From positions 28,892,001 through 28,956,000 of the forward strand of contig OZ024752.1 of the NCBI GenBank assembly GCA_964016885.1: a DNA stretch of 64,000 nucleotides. Reading direction: 5' to 3'. Positions 1 to 13,292 of this stretch are shown here, in pieces; position 1 is the first letter of the stretch, and every line of letters starts with the position of its first letter. The position numbers were made by a program, and so were the translations under genes. Below the pieces are notes generated by a model that was not told where the DNA came from, made no database searches, and saw nothing but the letters and a program-made list of their open reading frames with translations. This stretch comes from Eledone cirrhosa (Eukaryota).

Positions 1-767
1 ATACCTAAACTGCTCCTAGATTCCTCGACTACGTAGTTTCGTGGCATAAACAAAAACAATACATCATAAAGATATAGAGTCCTTGCGAAGTCTGCCGACT
101 TATCACGGTTGGGTGCGGATGCATTCATGTATATGTGTGTGTCCGCATGTATCTGTGTGTTTCTAAATATATTGTTAATAACTCCCTCTGGTCGAGCAAT
201 CTTTGAAGTGTGGGGACTGCTGGAAAGCTTCCATTACTCATACTTCTCGCCTCCTTCACCACCTCTTCTACGGCTTCGATATAAATACCCCCTCCGCCTC
301 CGTGGTATTTTCTTCGGGGTTATAAGAGGCTTAGCTCTGTTTCTCGACCGTTATATCGCGTGACTATCTCCCCCTCCGCCTTTTGGGATTCTTTCTCACG
401 TCGTGTAGACGCGTTCTTGAGACTAGTAAAATGAGGTATCCTCTTGATAAGTCGGCAGACCTCGCAAGGACTCTATATCTTTATGATATATTGTTTTTGT
501 TTATGCCACGAAACTACGTAGTCGAGGAATCTAGAAGCAGTTTAGGTATGATACATTTTATTACTAATTATATCTAAATGTTTCTTCTCTCTTCATAATG
601 TATTTTTAACTCTGATACTGGTTCAGTCTAGTTCAACCGGATTGGTCTGTCCCAGTCATTCATTGAGCAACATCGGTGAAGTTGGCACCCTTAACTCACG
701 GTTGGGTGCGGATGCATTCATGTATATGTGTGTGTCCGCATGTATCTGTGTGTTTCTAAATATATTG

Positions 768-770
<3 letters not shown>
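1..770 (+). mobile_element. Non-coding PLE-type remnant: inverted arm (1-105 vs ~445-549), duplicated 3' end (106-178 = 698-770), degenerate hammerhead 439-528
   Basis: Inverted and direct repeats are visible. Motif TCCTC-TTGATAA-stemII-GAAA-CTACGTAG-TC-GAGGA. The element ends in (TA)n. Confidence 0.65.
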
Positions 771-805
<35 letters not shown>

Positions 806-838
806 CACTCTCCCTTCCTTTACCCTTTCTACGGAAAT

Positions 839-918
<80 letters not shown>

Positions 919-1935
919 AAAAACATTGACGTAAGACAGATATTTAGGATGCTTATATTGTTAATGTTGTTTTGTAGCTGTTATCGTTTCCTAGCCTGAT
1001 ATATATGATCAACTTTGTAGATTTAGTTGGAAGCCTTGTTAAGTTTATAGGCATTTGTTTTGTTAAATCGTACAGAAATATCTTTGGAATGATATCTAAA
1101 ACTGCATATGATAATGTATCGGTAGAGAGTCGGACGTCATGCTTTGCAGCAAAGAGTTACGTCTCTTTACTGAGTTCAAATCCCGCCGAAGTTAACTTTG
1201 CTTTCATCCTTAGGGGGTCGATAAAATAAAGTACCAGTAATGTACTGAGTAATAGCTGGCCTTTTGCCAAAAGTAGAAACAATTATTGTAAAAGCCTAAA
1301 AAGTAATAAAATCACAGGTTAGTCATTGATGTAATGATTCCGATTATATGACTGATCGATGAGAGCTAAACTGGAATGAAACAACAAACGTTGAAGCTAT
1401 TTAGCCGAGGACTGATTACCATACTTTCCATTCATATTATTTCCTCTGAAACATTGATCAAATTTGCCTCACCATAATGAAAAACGAATGAGTTTCTTGG
1501 GATTGATCTTTGTACGTTTAGTGGATGTTATTGAAATACTGACGAACAGTTGGTAAAATAACCAGAATAAAGGATCATTCCATTCTAAATATAATTATAA
1601 ATGTCCAAGTGTTTAATCTATAGTATAGACCCTTTGCTAATAGGTCTTCACTTCAAATTTACTGAGGTCGTTTACTTTCCTTAGTGGTCAAAATACTTTC
1701 CTCTATATTACATCAGTCAGCTCACCTTGTGTTATTAAAAAATAGGGACAAGATCAGCTGACTGTTTTAACTATAATAGACCAGCTTCCTGTCCAGGAGA
1801 AATGACAGAGTAGTTGGTTAACGTCATCAAATCTAATGTAAGCATTACCTCTTAAATGTTAATCTGGCGTTCGAAAACATTGATATAAGTTCTCCTGAAA
1901 ATGTGTTTTAGGAGATACGCACAAACATATATGTG

Positions 1936-1995
<60 letters not shown>

Positions 1996-2004
1996 CTACA
2001 TTAC

Positions 2005-2112
2005 CTGACAGCCCATGAAATATTGGTTTCCGTTGTTGCACATTGCCAACATTTTCTCCAGGAATGGTAAAACTCTCCGACATGTTTCCATGTAACGTTG
2101 TCGCATTTCAGA
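2005..2112 (-). CDS. S-crystallin coding exon 5: [36 protein letters not shown]
   Basis: TTTCTTTGTAG acceptor, GTAAT donor, 108 nt, phase 0-0. [19 protein letters not shown] matches the S-crystallin C-terminal domain. The final exon was not found in the window. Confidence 0.93.
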
Positions 2113-2189
2113 CTACAAAGAAAATCTCAATATTAAATTAAAATCAAAAGAAAAAAAGCTCGCTCCAAATAATAACAATATATATATGT

Positions 2190-2685
2190 GTTTCTTTATT
2201 AGCCATAGGGGCACAAAAGAAGGACAAATACAAAGGAGGAAGTTTACATACAATAAAAACGTGTAAAATACTATCACAAATGCAATTTAAAAATTAATCG
2301 ATTTTCCTCAATAGGGGAGACATTACATATGGGTAACACATACCCCCGAAAAAATGTGCAAGCCTCATCTCCAGGAGTACGAAGAGTTTGTACCCGGTTC
2401 TTCTCTTCCTCCTTTTCCTCAACCTATAGGCTGATATAGAGAGAAGGCCCATTCACTCGGGCCATTCTCGCCACTTTCACCCACCTTTCATAAAACTTGC
2501 TGGGGTACAGCACCTCTCTCTCCATCCTGATTCTTATTCCAAAGTGGTATTTGAAAAAAAGAATCGGTTGTTGGCCGGAGAGAAAGGTGTCTGACCTCAG
2601 CCCTTTTAACCTCGTCCACCATACAACCTCTTTCGCCATAGCTATCACACAAAGGAAAACCGCCTCTCCTTCGTTTTTGAAGGAG
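2190..2685 (-). mobile_element. 3' fragment of L1/Tx1-clade retrotransposon
   Basis: Near-identical to 18885-19390 (IAMAKEVVWWTRLKGL..., AATAAAGAAAC end). Flanked by TA. Confidence 0.85.
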
Positions 2686-3615
2686 ATATATATATATAAT
2701 TAGTCAAACATGGTGAGTACGGCTCCACCTCTGATATGGCCATAGCTAGACAGAATGCGGTGGAGCCCAACCAGGAGTGAGAAGACCCTGGATTAGTCAC
2801 AAAGTAAAATATTGATTGCTGACGTATATATCGAAAGGTCAAAAATTAAGAATCTGGTGATCATGTCTCCATAGGTAAAGGTAGCAGTATAACTAAGCGT
2901 CGCTTCCTTCAAGTTTTCATGTCTACACTACCTACATTGGTCGTGCTGAATATATCCTAGGACCCCGTCGGTCACGAACAACTATGGTTTTACACATAGA
3001 AAGTTCAGTCTGGGCAAGTTATGTTTGTGAAAGACCAGCTATCATCCCTGCATACCAGCTCCCCTCTCCACGCCACCAATGTCGCCCAAGGAAAAGACAA
3101 TGATACATCTTGACACCAGTGACATCGCAACTGATTTCTAGAGTTGAGTGAACTGAAGCAACGTGAAATAAAGTGGTTTGCTCAAGAACACAATGTATCT
3201 TACGATTGTGAGCTCAACGCTCTAACATCTAATCCACGAGCCTTCACAATATATAGGGGTAGAAATATAACTAAACGTCACTTCCTTCGGGAGAAAGGAC
3301 AGTGAAGATCTAGAAATGTGGATGAAGAATTTAAGAATTTTACAGTGCCTAGCAAATTGAAATGAATTCATAAGTAAATGCGAATACATTTGGCAAAACT
3401 GGAATAGTCCTTTGTTTTAATAGAACATACCTAAAAATAAACATTTTCTCTTCCTTTCCAACGCGCTCTCATACACACTTAACCAAAAAATAAATTATAT
3501 ATATATATGAAGAACAAGGTTAAAACCACAAGATCACTCTGGATAAGCTTAGCAAACTATCAACTCGCCTTACTGAAACATTTGTTGTAAGAAAATTTAA
3601 GATAATATATATACA

Positions 3616-3663
<48 letters not shown>

Positions 3664-3767
3664 ATGTATGTAAATCAATTTATCAAATGAATTCGAATGT
3701 GTGTATGTCTGTACATATGTGTTTGTTTCTGCGAGTGTGTGTGAGTGGACTGTGTGTGTGTGTGTAT

Positions 3768-3807
<40 letters not shown>

Positions 3808-3927
3808 ATACACACACACAGTCCACACACGCACGCACACACACACACACACTCACAGAAACAAACACATATGTACAGATATGTATATATATATACATAT
3901 ATGTATATATATATGTATATATATACA

Positions 3928-3989
<62 letters not shown>

Positions 3990-4044
3990 CATATATATAT
4001 ATATATATATGTACACACATATATATATATATATATATGTACAC

Positions 4045-4163
<119 letters not shown>

Positions 4164-4242
4164 GTACACATATGTATATATAATATATATATACATATGT
4201 ACACATATGTATATATATATATATATATATACATATGTACAC

Positions 4243-4284
<42 letters not shown>

Positions 4285-4529
4285 CGACAGAAAGAGGGGG
4301 AAAGCGAGGGAGAGCAAACTAAGAAAGAGTTATGAGGGAAATGAGAGGAACAAATAGAAGGACAGACATACATTTAGAAGTCAGACAGTAGGTGTCCACT
4401 CTGAAGACAGCTATCATCAAAATAAATAGACACGAATCTATGAACTGACAATAATATACTATGTTTGTCATAGGAAATCAGAAGCAATTCTTTTTAGATG
4501 TAGGCAACCATAACATTTCTATTACTTAC

Positions 4530-4583
4530 TGTGATTCCAGTCAAATCAGAGGACCTGATGCGGCAATCACTTCCCATAGAAGC
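4530..4583 (-). CDS. S-crystallin candidate exon 4 (variable insert peptide): ASMGSDCRIRSSDLTGIT
   Basis: TTTTCTTATACACAG acceptor, GTAAGT donor, 54 nt, open frame, phase 0-0. Lies exactly where S-crystallins carry their insert exon. Confidence 0.75.
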
Positions 4584-4697
4584 CTGTGTATAAGAAAATA
4601 ATCAAATATAAATTGAAGCATAAATATACACACTTGTGCTCAGACACAGACACACAAACAAATACATGTAGATGTAGTTATATATTCACACAACACA

Positions 4698-4755
<58 letters not shown>

Positions 4756-5343
4756 AATAATTGTTTCTACTTTTGGCACAAGGCCAGCAATTACTCAGTA
4801 CATTACTGGTACTTTATTTTATCGACTCTGTAAGGATGAAAGGCAAAGTTAACAATAATAATAATAATTTATTTATCGGTAGAGGGTTGGACGCTATGCT
4901 TTCTAGCATAGTTACGTCCCTTTACATTCTGAGTTCAAATCCCGTCGAGGTTAACTTTGCCTTTCATCCTTCGATAAAATAAAGTACCAGTAATGTACTG
5001 GTTAATTGCTGGCCTTGTGCCTAAAGTAGAAACAATTATTACTATATATAGTAATAATAATAAATTTGAAGACTAAAATCCAAAGAGGGCTCGATAAGGA
5101 TAATATATATATCAAATATATAAGAACCGTAGAGCAAATATTTATTAAAATAACAGATTAAATGCATATTTATATTTATATATTTGATATAAATATGCAT
5201 TTATAAACATATAAATATGCATTTATATAAATATATATATGCATTTATATACATATAAATATGCATTTATATATATATTTAAATGCATATTTATATGTAT
5301 ATAAATGCATATTTATATATATATATATATAAATGCATATTTA

Positions 5344-5393
<50 letters not shown>

Positions 5394-5532
5394 TAGGAAA
5401 CTGTATGACCCCGACGGCAGAGCTCAAGCCGTTTCGACAGCTATTTCTGGACTATTACCCACTCTACTACCTTAAGTATTTAGTACTCTGGTGCGTTATG
5501 GTCCATCTGGTTCCTTACCACAACCCCTTCGT

Positions 5533-5568
<36 letters not shown>

Positions 5569-5614
5569 TATATATATATACACATATATATATATATATA
5601 CACATATATATATA

Positions 5615-5660
<46 letters not shown>

Positions 5661-5679
5661 TATATACACATATATATAT

Positions 5680-5728
<49 letters not shown>

Positions 5729-6020
5729 TATATACACATATATATATACACATATATATATATATTTATATATATATATAGTGTCTGTGATGCTGAGATC
5801 TAGGAGACCAGTAATCATGTGAGTACTCGATACATGGGGAGATGTAGAGTGGGTATAGAGATATGAAGAATCACGACCGGTGATTTTACGTATGTGTGTG
5901 TGTGCGCGTGTGTGTGCATGTGTGTGTGTGTGCATGTGTGTGTGTATATGTGTGTGTATTCCTGATGAATGAAACACTTCTAGTCTTGTAGAAGCCATTT
6001 CTATATTAAATAATTATATA

Positions 6021-6067
<47 letters not shown>

Positions 6068-6232
6068 ATATACGGGTGTGTTTGCGTGTGTGTTCACTTG
6101 TGAATATGCATATGTATATATATATGTATATATATACATATATGTATATAAATATATATATGTATATAAATACATATATGTATATAAATATATATATGTA
6201 TATAAATATATATGTATATATATATATAAATA

Positions 6233-6264
<32 letters not shown>

Positions 6265-6537
6265 AACGTAGGCATATATAAAGGGAGCTGCAGATATTAA
6301 AAATATGACATGTTCAGATGAATAATGGAGAGTAATAAATATCTTGATGCCAGACACATAAAGAGGTACAGGATTCTATAAAATCAATATAAACAAGCTC
6401 GTATTTGCCCATATATACTTATAAATCTGCACATTCGTACGCAGACGCAAATCTCATACACAAATGCACACACGCACACAATCACACGTATATATATAAA
6501 TAATATATATATGGATATATATATATATATATATTAT

Positions 6538-6583
<46 letters not shown>

Positions 6584-6646
6584 TATATATTATTTATATA
6601 TATACGTGTGTTTGTGTATATATATATATATTATATATAAATTATA

Positions 6647-6694
<48 letters not shown>

Positions 6695-6714
6695 AATTAT
6701 ATATATATATATTA

Positions 6715-6754
<40 letters not shown>

Positions 6755-7464
6755 AATTATATATATATATATTATATAAATTATATATATATATATTATA
6801 TATATATATATTATATATAAATTATATATATATATATATATATCATATATATTATATATACATATATATATTATAGATATATATATATATATATATCACG
6901 ATAAACTAACGGAGCCATAGACTCTCGTTATTCCCTGTAAACTATGTGCTCAAAGGAAAAGGAATCCTGAGCTCTTTAAAATACAATAGCAGCTCGTCCC
7001 TCAGACACCACTGGTTCACTGCCCTAAACACGCTGTAACATCTCTCTCCCGCGTGTAGCTGGACGGTCGCTTTAGATTCTCTTAGAGTTGCCTTGCATGC
7101 ACTGATGAACATTAGGCTATTCCATTTCAGTCAACAACTTCCTGGCGAAACAGATCTCTTTGGATTTGTACGCGTGTGTTATATAGTTATAGAGGTGCGT
7201 ATATACATTTTAATTTATATTTTTAATTATTGTGTGTCTACCCTGCCTTCCATAGGTTATAGATTCCATACACTGGTAGTTTTTCCCTGTTTTATTGATG
7301 GTGTGTTCCCTTTTCAACATATTGTATATATATATTATATATATATCACTTTGACCACCTTGACCGACCAGTCTGTCGGGCGCCAATCGGCGCCGATGGT
7401 CACAGCACGTCGTGCTGTTTTAGGCATAAGATAACGCCATCCCACTGGCTGGGCGGGCAGGTAC

Positions 7465-7606
7465 TCATTTCTACAGCTGAGTAAACTGGAGCAACGTGAA
7501 ATAAAGTGTCTTGCTCAAGGAAACAACACATCACGCGGTCTGAGAATTGAACCCACAACCTTTCGATTGCAAGCCCAATGCTAACCACTAAGCCATGCGC
7601 CTTCAC
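7465..7606 (-). mobile_element. tRNA-derived CORE-like SINE family B (also ~2960-3248 -, 25293-25597 +, 45350-45560 +, 63455-63850 -)
   Basis: A box TGGCTTAGTGG, B box GGTTCAATTC, CORE-like CCTTGAGCAAGACACTTT. Confidence 0.75.
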
Positions 7607-8113
7607 ATTATATATATAATATATTATATATATATATTTATATAATATTTCGTTTCTGAATTTGTTTAGCAAGATTCTTTATCTGAAAACGTGTGTTGAA
7701 ACCGATATTGTTATACTTTGGGAGGGTCATGTTGCCAATAAGAAACACACGCACCAGTTGCTTTCACTTCAATTTATTATAATAAATTTATAAATTTAGG
7801 AATTTATAAATTTCCGGTTGGTTGGTTGGTTCCACAACCAGATGGTTGTTTATATATTGTCAAAGTTCTTTCGTCACACATTCTGTGACCTCTTCAGTGA
7901 CTGGGGGTTCTTTTCTTTGTTTTTTGTGCCTCTCCTTTGTTCTGTCCTATGCCATCTTGTTTTTGTGTGTGTGTTGTGTGCTTAGTTAGCGCATGTGTTA
8001 CATCTGGGTGTCTGTGTGTGTTTATATTCGTTTATTTATTTGTTTATTTACATGTTACTGGTTGGTTGTTTGTTCTCTGTGCGTGTGTGTTTTCATTTTG
8101 TCCTTAATTGTAA

Positions 8114-9890
8114 GTCGATCATACGCCCCATCATTGAAATGTCCCCAGATGTATGTGACAGCACGGAGGACCTCCTCAGCAGAATCGGCAAGAGTAACCG
8201 ATCTAGGGACCTAACAAACTGCATAATAGGTAGTATGGATGTTGTGTCCCTGTATCCATCTATTGACGTGGATTTTGCTGTGGAGAAATGCGTAGAAATG
8301 ATCAGTGAGAGCAATGTTGAATTCCGTGGGATTGATACCAGTGAGCTGGGACTCCTACTTAAACTTACCTATAGTAATAATTATCTAGACACACATGACC
8401 TTAGCAACCTGTGCCCTACAAGACCAGCAAGAGGCAGACCACCTACCTTTACCTCAATGGCCAAGAAAACCCACACAGATAGATGGAACGGGTGGACCAG
8501 AGCCATACGGACCCCGGAAAACCACGATGAACTAAAGAAAATGATTGCACATGCGGTGGGGGCCAACATAAAATTAACCCTTAAGCAACATATGTTCAAA
8601 TTTAATGGAAAAACATATGCCCAAGAGGAGGGAGCAGCCATTGGTGTTAGCATTGAAGGCGACATAGCTAACTTATTCATGGTATGGTGGGACAGTAGAC
8701 TTAAACTTAAACTTAAAGAACAATTAGAAGACCCCTTAACCCTGATAATGTACTCCCGCTACGTTGATGATATAAACATCGTAGTTAAAACACCCCCACT
8801 AGAGAACAGTCAGGAATTAGAGAAAAGCACAATGGAAAGCATCCAGCAAATAGCTAACTCCATCCACCAGAGTATTAGAGTTACTATATACTACCCAAGC
8901 AAACACCCCAGCCATCTATTACCTGTACTAGTCACAGAGCTCTGGTTAGATACCATTAATAACAAAAAACAAATCCTCCATTCCCATTATGCCAAACCCA
9001 TGGCTTCCAAATATCTTATCCACCGAAACTCAGCTGTTTCGGACCATACCAAAATCAACATACTGATTGCAGATTTGGTACGAGTGATGAGAAACGTGTC
9101 CCGCATGTGCAACCCCGAAGAACTAGAGAGACACATACAACACTTCATCCACCATATACATTTCTCTGGTTACAATCAGATACATAAAATCAGTGTGTAT
9201 AGAGGAGCCAGAACTAAATGGGAAAAAATGGTAAATAATGAGACAAATGGGACCTGCCCCTTGTATAGGAGCAAATTTTGGAATAGAATGGAAAGATCTA
9301 GGAATAAGGTTAATAGAATAAACTCATGGTATGATAGCAATAAATACCAGAGTGTAATGTTCATCGATACAACCCCTAGAGATGAGTTAGCTTACAAATT
9401 TAGAAGGGCCCTAGATAAACATAAACTCAATATTAAGATAGTAGAAACACCAGGTACCTCCATAAAAACACTTATTAGTAATACATACCCTTTTCAAAGA
9501 CCTCCCTGTATAGATAAGAAATGTATAATCTGTAAATTAAGCCCCCCATATTAACTGTAAAACTAGAAATGTAGTATATGGCATAAGATGTACTGAAGGA
9601 CAATGTAGAGATAAAAATATAGTGTACATAGGTGAGACAGCTCGTAGTATAGGGGAACGGATAAATGAACACTGGAGAGACCTTCAAGATAATAAAGAAT
9701 CATCTGTACTCTACCAACATGCTAAAATAGAACAAAAGGGTAAATTAGAGAACATAGAAATAAAAATAGAATCTACACACAGAAAAGACGCAATGTTTAG
9801 ACAAATCACAGAGGCAATAAACATAAATTAATTACAACCAAAATTAAATAGAAAATAAGAGTGGAACAGCAACATCACAACTTACAATTA
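8114..9890 (+). pseudogene. PLE RT + GIY-YIG endonuclease ORF, truncated; frameshift near 9545 and stop near 9829
   Basis: ORF 7995-9554 carries RT (its N-terminus is read through the inverted pLTR). NVVYGIRC...YIGETARSIGERINEH continues in another frame after an extra C in a C run. Confidence 0.88.
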
Positions 9891-10093
9891 AGGACAAAAT
9901 GAAGACACACACGCACATAGAACAAACAACCAACCAGTAATATGTAAATAAACAAATAAATAAACGAATATAAACACACACAGGCACCCGGATGTAACAC
10001 ATGCGCAAACTAAGCACACAACACACACACAAAAACAAGATGGCGTAGGACAGAACAAAAGAGAGGCACAAAAAACAAAGAAAAGAACCCCCA

Positions 10094-10136
10094 GTCACTG
10101 AAGAGGTCACAGAATGTGTGACGAAAGAACTTTGAC
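10094..10136 (+). ncRNA. Minimal type I hammerhead ribozyme motif in PLE pLTR (copies on minus strand at 7859-7901, 29726-29768, 41592-41634)
   Basis: GTCA-CTGAAGA-G-GTCACA(GAATG)TGTGAC-GAAA-GAAC-TT-TGAC. Confidence 0.7.
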
Positions 10137-10801
10137 AATATATAAACAACCATCTGGTTGTGGAAACAACCAACCAACCGGAAATTTATAAATTCCTAAA
10201 TTTATAAATTTATTATAATAAATTGAAGTGAAAGCAACTGGTGCGTGTGTTTCTTATTGGCAACATGACCCTCCCAAAGTTTAACAATATTTATATAATA
10301 AATTATATATATATATATAATATATATATATAATATATTATATATATATAATATATTATATATATATAATATATTATATATATATATAATATATGACATA
10401 TATATATAATATATGACATATATATATAATATATTATATATATATATAATATATTATATATATATAATATATTATATATATAATATATTATATATTATAT
10501 ATATTATATATTATATATTATATATATATATATATAATATATTATATATATATAATATATTATATATATAAAATGCATTATATATATATATTATAATATA
10601 TTATATATATTACTATATTTATTATATATATTATATATATAAAACATTATATATAATATTATATATATAAAACATTATATATAATATGTATATACACAAT
10701 ATATGTAATATATTATATATATAAAATATATATGTATATATAATAAATGTTATATATATATTATATATATAATATACATTATATATACATATATATATTA
10801 T

Positions 10802-10832
<31 letters not shown>

Positions 10833-10838
10833 CATGTA

Positions 10839-10954
<116 letters not shown>

Positions 10955-11038
10955 TATATAATTATATATATATATATATATATATAATTATATATATAAT
11001 TATATATAATTATATATATATATATAATTATATATATA

Positions 11039-11094
<56 letters not shown>

Positions 11095-11109
11095 GAAAGT
11101 ATTATATTT

Positions 11110-11291
11110 AGGATTGGCAGTATCGGTGGAGAGTCGGACGCCATGCTTTCCAGCATAGATACGCCCCTTTACGGTCTGAGTTCAAATCCCGTCGAGGTTA
11201 ACTTTGCCTTTCATCCTTACGGGGTCGATAAAATAAAGTACCAGTAATGTACTGGATAATTGCTGGCCTTGTGCCAAAAGTAGAAACAATA
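11110..11291 (+). mobile_element. tRNA-derived SINE family A (Meta-domain-like). Other copies: + 1115-1287, 4873-5041, 45977-46152; - 11710-11895, 11937-12123, 31043-31226, 59260-59427, 63163-63350; degenerate near 12660-12880, 21320-21740, 46540-46950, 63900-64000
   Basis: A box TGGCAGTATCGG, B box GTTCAAATCC, central GCCTTTCATCCTTACGGGGTCGATAAAAT, (ATT)n tail. Many dispersed copies. Confidence 0.85.
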
Positions 11292-12145
11292 TATTTATCA
11301 TCTTAACTACAATAAAGAAAGGAGTGCGGGACTGCGTCCAGAATATATTTTTTTACCCCGTTTGTAAAATAAGTTGGATTACTTTGATTAAATAATGAAT
11401 GAATATTACATAATCTATGTGCTAAATTTTGTGGCTCTTGATTAAATATATTTTTTAGCTTATTTAAAGATTCACTTCTTTAAAATTTCCAAATGTCAAC
11501 ACTTCCGGTTAGCGGCCGTTATATTATAGCACTTATAAAAATATCGCATATATTTCCGTCGCTAATTTTCTCTGAGTATATTGTCAATTACGATTTTATT
11601 TGATGTATCATATCTACATACATATATATTTGTGTATAATATCAATATACACACTACACATACAAGCAGAAAAACACCCGAAGGGTGGTTTTTCTGCTAG
11701 TAATAATAATAATTGTTTCTACTTTAGGCACAAGGCCAGCAATTACCCAGTGCATTACTGGTACTTTTATTTTATCGACCCCGTAAGGATGAAAGGCAAA
11801 GTCAACCTCGGCGGGATTTGAACTCAGATCGTAAAGGGACGTAACTAAGCTGGAAAGCATGACGTCCGACCCTCTACCGATACTGCCAATCCATCGCTAG
11901 TAATAATAATAATGATAACGGTTATGATTATGAAAATAATTGTTTCTACTTTAGGCACAAGGCCAGCAATTTACCAGTACATTACTTGTACTTTTATTTT
12001 ATCGACCCCGTAAGGATGAAAGGCAAAGTTAACCTCGGCGGGATTTGAACTCAGACTGTAAAGGGACGTAACTATGCTAGAAAGCATGGCGTCCAACCCT
12101 CTACCGATACTGCCAATTCACCGTTAATAATAATGTTCATCTTAC

Positions 12146-12261
12146 CAAGAGTGTACCGTCTTCCTCGTGATACATCTTCATGTAGTCATTGAATATGTCA
12201 TAGAAACAATCAGAGATATATTCGATGCGAGCCATTTCCATATTATTCTTTCCATGTAAGT
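12146..12261 (-). CDS. S-crystallin coding exon 3: (D)[38 protein letters not shown]
   Basis: AG acceptor and GTAAG donor, 116 nt, phase 1-0. [21 protein letters not shown] is characteristic of S-crystallins. Confidence 0.95.
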
Positions 12262-12855
12262 CTTGAGAAAATTTTAGAAGAAAGCAAAAATAATGGAAAT
12301 TTTGCTGTTTTTTACATGAATGATAACACCAGTAGCAAAGCTAGAAATATGTTTTACTATACAGAGACAAAGATTCAGCATATAATGTGTTTATTCAACA
12401 TAATCTTTTAGAATTCGTCTATCCAAAAGGAGGAAATTCTACGTAATCGATGAAGCGGTGAGAAATATTAAAATATCATCTTAAATCACATACTATCGCC
12501 TTAAGAAAGGAAGGAAACATTAGATCATTTTTGTTCTGGATGTACTATGTTTGAATAAACAATAAAAAAAAATACATTATGGTAATGGCTGGAACAACAA
12601 CAACAATATCATCATCATCATCATCAACAACAACAACATCTCATGTTTTCTCTTCAGATAAAAGCTTCTAGATTTGGCACAAGGCCAGCTATTTGAAGAG
12701 AAAGGAAAAGCCGATTAAATCGATCCCATTGCGTTACTGATACTTTATTTTATCGACCCCGTAAGAATGAAAGGCAAAGCTAACCTCGGCAGGATTTTAA
12801 CTCAGAACGTGAAGAGCTGCAACAAATTTTGCTAAGCATTTGTCCGAGGTTCTCA

Positions 12856-13292
12856 CGATTCTGCTTATTTACCGCCCTGAATTTGGGTCTTTTACGCTAT
12901 CTTGTGAAGGGCTGTAACTGTATGCCGTAAATCATGTTGTCCGACGCTCTACTGATATTGCCAATCCACCGCCATCATTTCTCTTCGATTCTGCCTATTT
13001 ACCGACCTGAATTTGGGTCTATATAATGGAATCATCTTTTGTCTTTTACGCCATCTTGTGAAGGGCTGTAACTCTATGCCGTAAATCATGTTGTCCGACG
13101 CTCTACTGATACTGCCAATCCACCGCCATCATTTCTCTTCGATTCTGTCTATTTACCGACCTGAATTTGGGTCTATATAATGGAATCATCTTTTGTCTTT
13201 TACGCCATCTTGTGAAGGGCTGTAACTCTATGCCGTAAATCATGTTGTCCGGCGCTCTACTGATACTGCCAATCCACCGCCATCATTTCTCT
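12856..13292. repeat. ~114-bp tandem repeat, about 3.5 copies, partly SINE-derived
   Basis: Repeated GATTCTGCCTATTTACCGACCTGAATTTGGGTCT...CTCTACTGATACTGCCAATCCACCGCCATC. Confidence 0.85.

Larger units (their letters stand above)
7649..10290 (+). mobile_element. Penelope-like element (Naiad-like), 5'-truncated, with inverted pLTR at 7649-8113
   Basis: RT motifs GSMDVVSLYPSI, QEEGAAIG and YSRYVDD, a C-x4-C-x2-C linker and GIY-YIG. 7649-8113 is the reverse complement of the 3' end (~9875-10290, extended). (TA)n on both sides. Confidence 0.92.

Noticed and set aside
7100-7165. Additional hammerhead-like remnants (also 16770-16845, 38285-38350)
   Set aside because: Core or stems too degenerate to call.
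12856-13292. Regularly spaced repeats (also 23430-23805) resembling a CRISPR array
   Set aside because: Whole units repeat with no unique spacers; eukaryotic context and no cas genes.
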